A DNA stretch of 64,000 bases, from the NCBI GenBank assembly GCA_002633005.1, contig NMRA01000128.1:538360-602359 (forward strand), in the 5' to 3' direction. The notes beneath the pieces were generated by a model. That model ran no database searches. It saw nothing but the letters and a program-made list of their open reading frames with translations, and had not been told where the DNA came from. Positions 26,707-37,350 of this stretch are shown here, piece after piece (within the stretch, counting starts at the first letter, position 1; every line of letters starts with the position of its first letter). The translations under genes were made by a program, and so were the position numbers. Source of the DNA: Phoronis australis. Its lineage: Eukaryota; Animalia; Phoronida.

Positions 26707-27409
26707 CAAAAATGAGTACGGTAGTGCTTCTGTTAATAATGTGTATGGTTATTGACGGTGGCCGGACATAGTAGCAGGAAACGCAGCCGAATCATTAGCA
26801 AATGAGTATTTAAAAATTTCATCATTTTCAGGGGGGCTCGTTCGAACGAAGTAGGCAAAAAGGTCCACCTCAGAGAAACAAAAACCTACGAAAAATAAAA
26901 AATAATTTAACTAAAATAGCGATGATACTTTCGGGCCACCGAAAGTGAACGTACTCCGTGAATCTTACTAAAAGTTCCACATTCTCTAGCAAATGTGTGG
27001 GTGTTTATCTTATCTAGAACTGAAGTGGTTATAATATTTTCATTGATAGTTCTAGGAATGTAAAAATGTAAACAGTGAGTTGCCGTGACTGATTTGAGGA
27101 CTGTAGTAGTTAATGCGTTTTCTTTTAAACGGATATTGGCCTGGCAGAACTCTGAAGCTCATGTTGGCTTGAAGCCCTGAACTAATACACTGCCGTGAGA
27201 AGCAACTAAAATTGCATGGCCTGATTTTTCAAAGCAATAACGACAGGTCGAAAGTGATAATTTCAACGAGTCTGTCCCATTGAACAATAATCACAAAAGT
27301 GAGTTTTCGACCGCAAAAACGATACTTATATCCCTATCAACATCAATTGCAGTGTTAAGTCGCATACGTGTACTAAAGACGCTACTTACATCTGAGTACC
27401 GTTGGTCAA

Positions 27410-27700
27410 ATGGGTGAACGTTACGCATGTAAATGACGTGAATAAATTAATTCTTGTTTGTGGCGTAAATTGATTATTGATGGCGTAAATTAACTATTAG
27501 CGGGGTAAAGTAATTATTTGTGGCATAAATTAAAGTTCATTTACACACGTAAATAATGTACGTATGTAAATTACACACGTAAATAATGTACGTATGTAAA
27601 TTACGCACGTAAATAATTACTTAACGCCGTTAATAATTAATTTACGCCACTGATAACAATTAATTTAAGCACGTAATTGATGTGCGTGACGTTCACCCAT
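27410..27700. mobile_element. Fold-back MITE with internal tandem sub-repeats
   Basis: Ends ATGGGTGAACGTTACGCA / TGCGTGACGTTCACCCAT, flanked by the 8-bp direct repeat TTGGTCAA (27402-27409, 27701-27708). It contains internal GGCGTAAATT repeats and a 30-bp tandem. Confidence 0.8.
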
Positions 27701-28009
27701 TTGGTCAATGACGAAGTGAGTGCTGAAGCTTAACTGGAATAACTTTCTGACTGTTGCCAGGGCACTTACCAAAAACCATGACATTTAGCGATCGGACTAT
27801 TATTGTATAGGATAGACATTTTGAAGTATATGAAATCAAAGCCGCCGACTTTACCAAATAAGTACACCTAAAATACTCTGGCACGTATTTGTGGGGTATA
27901 GCTCCGTCTTCGCAGCGTTTACTGCGACCGCGAAGGTTCATCCGCTCCAGGCTGATCTCCTAAAATCACGATTATTCTCACCAATCTTAGTTCCTACTGT
28001 TGTCACACT

Positions 28010-28153
28010 TTTACATTCCATATCTCTCAAGTATTTAAATCACGTCGTATTATTTTAAATTACTTATTCTTGTTAACTTTACATTCCATATCTCTCAAGT
28101 ATTTAAATCACGTCGTATTATTTTAAATTACTTATTCTTGTTGACTTTACATT
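28010..28153. repeat. 68-bp tandem duplication
   Basis: TTTACATTCCATATCTCTCAAGTATTTAAATCACGTCG... occurs twice, followed by the start of a third unit. Confidence 0.9.
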
Positions 28154-28449
28154 TTTATCCTTCTTTTTCTTCAGAGAATTTTCTCTTCATGCCTTTAGAC
28201 ATGTTCTCTTCATTATCAGTGTTGGTATGTTTGTCTTCACGCCTTGTTATTTTTGTCTCACTTTCATGTATTACCATTCTGTTTGTCTTATTTATTTGTT
28301 TTCATGTCTCACCTTTACGGTCATTCATGCATCACGATCGTGTATAGCCCAAAAACCGATCAGACATTCAACATTTCTAAATCATTGCAAGCCTGTAGCT
28401 ACAGCAAGAAAAACATGTTCCTCTATTGCTAGCAGTCAATTAAGAGCGA

Positions 28450-28685
28450 TGAGGGCAAGACTGGTACTGCCTTTTCAAATTGGTATATAGTTGGTGGCGG
28501 GAACTGCAAGGGACCCCTGCTATTCAACATGTTTATCAATGATATCTTCTATGCATTGCATGGCATATGTAACCTGTACAACTCTATGCAGAGGACGCTA
28601 CAACTGTGTGCTGACCACGGCCTGGACAATGTAAGAAGGGACTTAGTATACTGTTGACGTATTGAAATGGTTTGAATTAAATCAA
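28450..28685 (+). mobile_element. Decayed non-LTR retrotransposon (CR1/L2-type) reverse transcriptase fragment
   Basis: Frameshifted translation KTGTAFSNW...GPLLFNMFINDIFYALHGICNLYN/YAED...LKWFELN matches the LINE RT pattern GPLLFNIFINDL...YADD...WF. Confidence 0.75.
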
Positions 28686-30539
28686 AAAATTCCATCAGCA
28701 TGTTGATGACCTATGTGCTGAGGCAGCCAACCATGTCTCAATATTGTATCGACTCCGTAGTCTTTTTGACCACTGAGGCAACAAAGTTAAAACTTTATCA
28801 TGTTCTTGTTATATCGTAGTTTAAATTATTGTCCACTTATTAGGCAATTTAAGCTGTGTTTGTCGAGGCAGAAAAATGGAAAGGATTCAGTTTGTGTTTT
28901 TAAAATACCCGTAACAGTATTCAGCTTTGGTATAAACGGCAAACTCAGTTCTTTTGGTGACTCATAGAACGATGTGCCTTGCTTTAAAAGTTCTTTAACA
29001 CGTCCACCATGTTGGCCCACTTGTATCCTCTAGAGGGGTTCGATGAGCGCCAATCATCTTATAAATTCTGGGGACAGAATTTCTAATCTGTCTCGAGATT
29101 TCTTACATCTACTTACGAGGTGTCTCCATGTGGAACAAATTTTGATGTTACAATGACAAGACAAAAATTAAATACGATGATCTCGACTTTTCTAAGAGAA
29201 GACTGTGAATGCCAGAACTGTACCCGGTGTTGTGTCATCTATTTTGCTTCATGTTGACAATCATTAGGGTTTTAACTGATTGTTTACATATTACATATAT
29301 TCTTCCTGTATGTACTCTCTTAAACCTCTCCGCAAGTAATACTCTACACATGTATTTTTCAGTATCCGTTACTAGCACCTGTGCTAATTTTTTCTTTTGT
29401 TGTATCTACCAACACCGATTAAAATACACGTTTAATTAAGAGTTAGTAATTACTAACTTGTTAGCTAGGTTTGGAGCTTACGCGCCTGCATACTTGCTGC
29501 AATTGGTTTCATTGTTTCGCTAGCTTCAAGACGTTCAGTGAAACGCCAGTATCAAACAGAGAAGCCACGAGTATTTCTTCGCGTCATTTATAGCTGGAAA
29601 AGATACCTCTTTCTGCTTATAGTTTTACTTTCGGACCGGATACTGCTTTGTGAGAACATGGCGGGTACGTTTCGACTACCACTTTGAAGACCCATGCAAA
29701 TTTCTAGTCTCTAATTGGCACGCATACGTTTCGGAGACAACAGAAACTCGGCTAGTTTCACGGCACATTATACTTCGTCTCAAGATGACGCCAAGCGCAT
29801 GTTTATCAATGAATCTGATCGTGACCATGAAAAACAGATTTTGACGAAACTTGACACTGGGAAAAATATATTCAAAAACAAAGGGTCAATTACTTATTAA
29901 TTCTGGAGCAAGTTCAAAGATTGTAAAGTTGCGTTTTGTGACCGGGCCCTCTGCGCTAGTCCCGTGTGTACACTCATATACGATTAAAATTTCGGTTGAG
30001 AAATATGAAAGCAACACTAGGGTTTATGTTTTTATTTAAAAAATCAAAATAGCACAGAAACATGTAAGTGTAACTCAGATTACCCGTTTCCTGTTGAACA
30101 TGCCCTGTGAACACACATAGAAAACAGGTGTGTGAAGGGTGATACTTTAGGCTAATGAAAAATATCCAAAATACGTTCACAGCAACGAAAAACAATAAAT
30201 CATAAAATAATATATACAGTAGATTCATTACACTAGATCAGACTTTTCATAATTTACATTAAATCAAAATATTGAACTCTAAGGCAAAAGGGCTTACTCA
30301 TCTTTTAATTTCATTTAATCAAAACTAAAATTTTTACAAGCTCACCTTAAAAAGACCCTGACAAGAATCACTCGGAATTTTCAAACGCATCAGTATTTCT
30401 GTTTAAAACCTGTGTCCTTACACATAACTTTTCGTTAGTGGCAGTATGCATATTAAATTTAAATGTTGTTTTTAATTTAATGCATTAGGCTACTGTCTTC
30501 ATTATATACACTATATTCAATGTCTTCCAAAGAAAGTTA

Positions 30540-30545
30540 TTTATT
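30540..30545 (-). terminator. Candidate polyadenylation signal of the IkappaB gene
   Basis: AATAAA on the - strand about 335 nt after the stop. A second one lies at 30031-30036, beyond an AU-rich stretch. Confidence 0.4.
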
Positions 30546-30878
30546 AAGAGTTTTGTGTGAACTTACAACTTTTCTTAGAGTTTGTACAAGGCTATTAACA
30601 TATTTACATTTTACATAGAAAAAATCAGTTCTCATGTAATGAATTACACTTGCAATTTTGATCTGCAGTGCACCTGTAGCCCTCATGTTAGTAGTGTCCT
30701 CTGTTGGCACTCCTTCGCAAGACACTGTCTTGATGCTCCTATTCCAATGACGCCATATTTGGCAGATCGAGACTGGCTTTCATGGGTTTTGTCATCGTAA
30801 TGACAAGTGAGATGGCTTTGAGTCACATCAAAACCATGAAGGGTCTCCAAGAGAGACCATTCTTGGTTTTGATGCGAC

Positions 30879-33811
30879 TTAAATTGGCAGTCCATCAATT
30901 TTGATATCATCTGCATCCATCTGAAATAATTGAACAAAAAAATCAGTTTTAATCTAAAACCTATGAAATGCTTTTTTGAAAATCAGCCAAAAGCAACTCA
31001 CAAAATTTGGAGCAGTACCCATGATTTAATGGGGTTTCTACATAATCATGGAATTGTCCAGACTCTCCCATTTCATCATGGAGAAATTTTCAACCTACTC
31101 TTGATTTCAAAAAAAATTTTAAAATGTTATTCATCATGAAAACTGATGCCTGGAAAATCCCAGTGGTTAATAAACCCCATGCCAAGCCTATGGTTATACA
31201 ATACCCCTATGCAACATTAACTATTGACCCCCAGTCATGCACTCAGTTCATGACACCTTCACAATACATGACTTACCACTCTGGGAAAATCCCTTACACT
31301 ATATGAGGTCATATCCATTGACAAAATTGATAAACATGTTTACATTAACAGCAAAGGGCTTTGAACTGCTTGAGAGGCTTAGTGAGTCGACCCTTATCAG
31401 GATGTAGTTTCACATAATACAAAACCCTAAATTTTCGACAGTAAGAAAAATTCCATCTTTCTTGTTTTTCATATTGATTTGGCTGTTTACCAGAAGAGAC
31501 AATATTGACAAAATTCGACAACTTTCACCACCACATAGATACCCGTGTTTTATAAGAATAACTGCCTTCTTGTCTAATATTCAGCAAACTGACCATATAA
31601 CAAGGGCAAAACTATTTCAGTAAGCTCTGTATCGCCAGTCCAACGTGCACTCGTTAGCATAAAACATTTTCTTGTTATTAAACAGCAACTCACGCACACA
31701 CAAAACATGGTATTAACACCTAATTGCAGCGACAGCCAACAAGTTGAATCATTCCTTCAGCCCAAAACACTAGGCAGGACAACGAAAAACAACTCACACA
31801 ATAACATGGCAAAAGAGTTTGCTGTCCTGAGTCACAAAACCCTCCCACACAAACGTATATAGAAACATGCTCAATTTACCTCATCGTCATCACAATCGTC
31901 AGAGTCATCACTGCTGAACGATGACAGTGCCTCAGCGTCAGCGCCGAAATTCATGAGAATCATGACTACTTTCTGATGATGCCTGCCTGCTGCCAACCTT
32001 AAAGGGGTACTGTTATCAAAGGTCATAGCCTCAATGTCTGCTTCCCAGTTGAGAAGTAATTCTACGAGTCTTTGGTTGTCATTCTCTGCAGCAAAGTGTA
32101 GAGGTGTACGCCCACTTTTGCCATCCTAAAAGAAGTGAACAACTGAGATCAGTTAATGTGAAAAAGCTAATTGAACATGAGATGACCCATTTAGCATAAT
32201 TCAGATCTCAATAAACTATTCTATGCTCGAAAATATGAGTTGAAAAAGTAAAATATGAGTAGAAAATTGACCTCACGACTTGCTTTGACAATAATTGCCA
32301 ATTAAACATTCGAGTTAACAGCAACACAGCTGTGGCGAGCCAAGATGTTGTCCTGATTACCCATGACATTTGAAATTGCCAAACTCCAAGAATACAAGTG
32401 GCAAATATGTTGTCACTTGCACTTTCGAGCAGGCATTTTCTTCTGTGGCAAGCGCTGCAACTCTTAAAATTATGAACTACATGAGTTGATTCCTCTTGCG
32501 TATTAATTAAAAATATATCTTACCTTGATGTTAATGTTGGCACCACACTTTCTGGTCAGGTAGTATATTATTCTTGGATGATTATTCTTTGCCGCAATGT
32601 GCAAACATGACAGACCTGTAAAAATAAAATCAAAATGACTGGCCTTAAAATACCCCGTCAAACCCTGTATTTTATCCATACTAGTTGTTAGCCAAATGTA
32701 AAAGCAACAAATGGATAGCCACAGAATTAGTTTTCTCAAGTTCTCAAGGCAATACATCAGGACCACAATTTAACATTGATATTTGAGACACAACATCAGA
32801 ATGACAAGTGCTGCTTACCTTCAAAATTTAGTGCATTCACATCCTGTTTCAAAGGGTGCGTCAAGAGGCTGATGCACTTCTCATCCCCTCCTTTACAGGC
32901 AAGGTGAAGTGGTGTGTTGCCATTATGATCTACTATCGATGATGATGCCCCAGCTTGTAAAAGTGCATTGACCACACCTGGCAATTTTACCAGGACAGCC
33001 AAGTGCATGGCTGTTTGGTGATAGCCGTTGGTCATATCTAGACAGTCTACAGATGGCGCCTTATGAATCATGCCTATGGCAACGTCTTCCAAGAGGTGAA
33101 TGATAGCTATCATGAATTGGCTGAAAGAAAAGAATAACAGTGAAAATCGAGTAAATTGAAATCAAGCTTAATATAACAACTAATTCCTGAGATTAGATTT
33201 TTTCATTAGGAATTCATTTGAAACTGTTACTTAGAACCCAGCTTAGTGTTATACTTATAACGTTCAAATATTTCAACATTGTCTTATCGATGTAGTAAAC
33301 GAGGACAAATCCTGTCAAATATTGCAGGAATCTCCACATCATTCACAGCCACTGCGTATGGGTTAAATGATTCTTTTATTCACAATACATACTTGTCCCC
33401 ATCCTCATCTTGATTGAAAATCTTTACGGCATAGTCTTCTTTCTCAATCCCATGTGTAAGGGAACATGTCTGTGTTGCAGCAGGTCCAATTGAAAGGTTC
33501 TCCATGGCTGATTCGACATTTTGTGAGTCATATCCAGAATCCATCACTGACTGACAGGTCATGTCTTGCACATGTTGCTTAGCGGAAGTTTGAAGGGAGA
33601 CGGCATGTTTTGTGGGTGGCATGGTAACTGAATGTTCACGTTCAGACTTGCAGTTCCCCGACGGAAATGACTCCAATCCAGAATCGATTTTGTCTGAACA
33701 CCAGTTTTCATTCTTTGAAATGTCACCGAGCCCATATCCTGGAACAGGGGGCACCCGGAACCCAATGCAGCCATCCTCTTCCAAGTCACTGTAGTCTCTT
33801 AAATTCGACAT
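30879..33811 (-). CDS. NFKBIA: NF-kappa-B inhibitor (IkappaB-alpha/Cactus-like), about 366 aa
   Basis: Coding exons 33811-33393, 33120-32819, 32615-32524, 32125-31880 and 30920-30879 (TAA), 1101 nt in frame with GT-AG introns. N-terminal DSGLES and DSGYDS degrons. Six ankyrin repeats (QDEDGDNQFMIAIIH, HQTAMHLAV, GNTPLHLAC, GLSCLHIAA, KSGRTPLHFAA, NSTPLRLAA). Acidic PEST tail SSDDSDDCDDDEMDADDIKIDGLPI. The symbol marks the closest family; one-to-one orthology is not shown. Confidence 0.92.
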
Positions 33812-34876
33812 CTTTTTTCAATACTGGAAGGACAAACACATTAAATAAGTGAAATAGAAACATAACAGGATAAAAAATCACAATTTCACAATATGTCAAA
33901 AATGAGACTTAACTATCACAGCCAGAATATATAAAACATCATCAATTTCTAATGTTTTTTGCAGAGGTCCCAGTATTTTGCAAAATTTGAAATCAAAGAC
34001 ATTAATTGGAATGGTTATTTAGTTGGGTTTGCCTTTTAGATCCTTAAACAACTTGACTTATGGAACACTTCATGAACATTGTAGCAAAGCAAGTTACAAA
34101 GTAACAGAGGCAGAGCAAGTGCACATTTTCATGGTTACACACAGCTCCCTCATCATTCTGTCTAGTACAACAAGCGAACCAGTCATGACACACTCACACT
34201 TCCATAGAGTCTTGTCATCATCTCTGGTGGAGTGAGTGACTCATTAACATAGAAATTCCATGTGTGGGGGGGCCATTGCACATGCCCTCATTTGAAGAGT
34301 GCCGTAAACAAATGATCAGGGAATGAGCCCATGACATCCTGTGAGGATCTTCCTACCTCACATTCTTGACTGACGTTCTAATTAACAGCATCCGTCGTTC
34401 ATTTAACTATTCTTTTCTAATGAGATGTAATTCTTTTCTCATCAACCTCAACTGAGTTTGTTATTTTCTTATTAGCCACAAGCTGCACGTGCTTGACACG
34501 AATGTGCCAGTAAAGTACAACTGGAAACCTTGCAGTTACTGCGAACATAATTATCCATAAGAACATAATTATCCACAAGAAAAGCATCCAGGCTCATGAG
34601 AAAAGTCCTGTCCCTTGTAAGAAAAGATCAATTCAAAAAAACAAACAAATTTTCGATGTAGATCACTTGCCACTATAAAATTGACCTCAGCCTGATCCTC
34701 GCTGAGATGAGAAGTGATTTTGATAGCTAGAACTGACAGGTTGTCATTTATTAGACCAACACTATGAACATAAAATGACACACGTTGACAAGTCAACTTG
34801 TAGAGCTTGGTCTCAACAAATAATGAACTGTCAGTTCTTTCAAAGCCCTGAAATCATCTCCCAAGTTGCCTAAGAT

Positions 34877-35103
34877 TTAGACAGCATCATCGTCTCTACT
34901 TAGCACTTGAGACAGTAGTACTCCCATACTGGAACTTTCATACGCCCGAAGCTTTTTGACGATATGCCTTACACCGATTAAACCATCAAAGTGCGAGCTG
35001 TGAGGCATGATCTGCCGAAAAGCTTCCGGCGTATGAAGGCTCTACAGGAGTACCGCAGTCTCTACCATGTCTACTGCTAAGCAGAGAGGGCAGCACTGTC
35101 TAA
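34877..35103. mobile_element. Palindromic (fold-back) MITE in IkappaB intron 1
   Basis: The arm GTACTCC..CTTTCATACGCCCGAAGCTTTT pairs with AAAAGCTTCCGGCGTATGAAGG..GGAGTAC. The outer arm TTAGACAG..CTCTACTTAGCA pairs with TGCTAAGCAGAG..CTGTCTAA. Confidence 0.75.
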
Positions 35104-35608
35104 CTAAGCCTAGGCCTCAAAGACAACATTTGGTGACCAATTCCATAACAGCGACAGATCTAAATCGTAAGTTGGTGGAACGCAGTTTTAAGTGCAAAAG
35201 TCACAATTCACACGGGTTTTCCCAACTTCCAACTATCGTAATGCGTTCTGGGGTTGTTCTGGTAACCAATAAGATGCCAATCCTTTGACATCGTTACTTC
35301 TCTTAGACGCAGATGTCTTGGAAACAAGGAACATCAGCTGACAAACATTCCGAAGAAAGAACCCGGATGTTGCTCAATAGGTCGTTGGTCCAGCGATCGC
35401 CAGTGACTATGGCGGATGTAAATTATTACGAAGTAGAAAAGTCATAATCAAGTAACTGAATTGTGATGACTGGTACACCGCACGTCAATCGAACAACTCA
35501 ATATTCAACACTCGTCTTTCCAATGACAGTAACCAAAATGGCGTCTCCACTGAAAAGCCACGAAATTTGGTGGGAGTGACGTCGTTGCTTATAATCATTC
35601 GTCATTAC

Positions 35609-35660
35609 CTTGCTCGAACTCCAAACAGTAACCTTGTCACTTAAGTGTTGTGAGAGAACT
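35609..35660 (-). other. NFKBIA: Probable non-coding exon 1 of the IkappaB gene
   Basis: Donor CAAG|GTAATG at 35609/35608 and a TATA-like TTTATAAG about 25 nt upstream. The coding exon has an acceptor tttgtccttccag| at 33824/33823, 12 nt before the ATG, which implies an upstream UTR exon. Confidence 0.55.
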
Positions 35661-35680
35661 TCGACAATGTACGCCACGTC

Positions 35681-36151
35681 CTTATAAATCTACCCAAAAT
35701 TTCAAATTTCCAGAGAAAACTTCTTGCGTGGCAAAAACCCTTTATAAAGCTTCCTTGGTCTGGGTTTTTTCGGGGATTTCCCAAGTTAACAGCAGTACTA
35801 GCCAATAAGGGTGCGTGACTAGTCTTTTGTTGATGACCGCTAACCAATAGCAAACAATGACGTTTTTGTGATCTAATAGGCGGTGACTGGATTTTCCGAC
35901 GCTCGAATACTGGAATTTCCACTGGTTATTCACTGCTGTGGAAAACCCCGGTTGCTCAGCAGTTGTTTGCTACGCCGTTTCAAAGGAATAATTGTGAATT
36001 ATTGACATAGACTGTCGAACGAAAATTACCCTGAGTTACTGTTTTGATAAGTGAGCCCCAGTACAAGGCTCACTTAAAAATAGCTCACACAGTTGGGAAA
36101 AACAACTGATCGCCTCGCCTTTTTACTTGGCTGTCCAGGCACGGGAGTCCC
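35681..36151 (-). promoter_or_regulatory. IkappaB promoter with clustered kappaB (Rel/NF-kB) sites
   Basis: GGGGATTTCCC (35772-35782), TGGATTTTCC (35888-35897), TGGAATTTCC (35911-35920), GGAAAACCCC (35940-35949) and GGGAGTCCC (36143-36151). TATA-like boxes at about 35682-35688 and 35741-35746. Confidence 0.75.
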
Positions 36152-36351
36152 TATATACATGAATACGTGTCGTTGTCACAGTTAAAGATACATATGGTGG
36201 GTACGGGCATCACGTTATTCCCGTAATGTAATTTTTTCGAATAATGAGACACTACTAGCCGAGTCTAGTTGCCAGGGCAATAGTTCCCATAGTGACCACC
36301 TTGCAATGTTGATTACTGTAAAGTTTTTGAGGGAATATATTAAATATGATC

Positions 36352-36757
36352 GGGGCTGAGTTGCATAAAGCTCCAAAAGATATCCGCTGGATAAGTTTCA
36401 TTTGATTGTTGTAATAGTATTGTGATTTGTACTGGAACTACCTTATATGTGCCTTATATGGCACAATTAGTAATTAGAATGGTTTATTATATAAGTCTTG
36501 CCAAACAGTTCTATGAAATGTGACTCATATGCATGTGGTCTTGTGTATTGCAAAAACATGTTGTTGTACAGTAGTTAGGCAGTCCGCAATAAAGTAGTGT
36601 TCAAGTAAAGACGTCTTCTTCACTCCTCTCTCCACAAGCCATTACAATTGTTGCATGACGTCATATGTGCATTGTTCAACAAAAAATAACAACGTGACGC
36701 GTGATAATGCGACGTCATTGTTGCTATACGGCGTATAACTTTTATGCAACTGGGCCC
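36352..36757. mobile_element. MITE with GGGC...GTTGCATAAAG TIRs (Harbinger-like)
   Basis: Left GGGGCTGAGTTGCATAAAGC versus right-end reverse complement GGGCCCAGTTGCATAAAAG. Confidence 0.65.
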
Positions 36758-37350
36758 ACTGAGGAGAACAAAATTAGCATGGTTGCACCTAATGCAACTT
36801 TGAGCATTTTTCGCAATTTCGACCCTCTTTGGTTTTTTCAACTTGATGACAAAGAGGGTAGCACATTGTTTATACCATTTTCTGTGATGAGGAGTCCATT
36901 TTTGGTGTTATTTTATTTATATGGGGTCATTTTCAAGGTAAAACCAGAGGTCAAAGGTCAAATCTGCCTCTGAGAATTAAGCCTTCTGACGTTTAGTTTT
37001 TATCTCATTATTTTTCGTTTAAGTTCTTCGTTAACCTCTCAGTTAAAGATATATTTTCAAAATGCTCACTATTACATACATGTACTATAGTGGGCCAAAC
37101 ATTTTGGTCACAAGTTTCATGAGGGTTGTATTGGCACAATAGAGAAAGCATATGGCATGGAAATGCTCATACGCTCAGCAGTTTAGTGCTCGTGGTGCGA
37201 GTATGGTTAATTACTGCCCATTACTCCAAAAAACACTACTCCGAAAAACAAACACGTGAGCGACGCATCTGCCCAACTATAGTATGTATACATTCTACGT
37301 TTGATTTTAAATAACACCTTTTCCACTGCGAGAGACTGGTTGTCACACAG

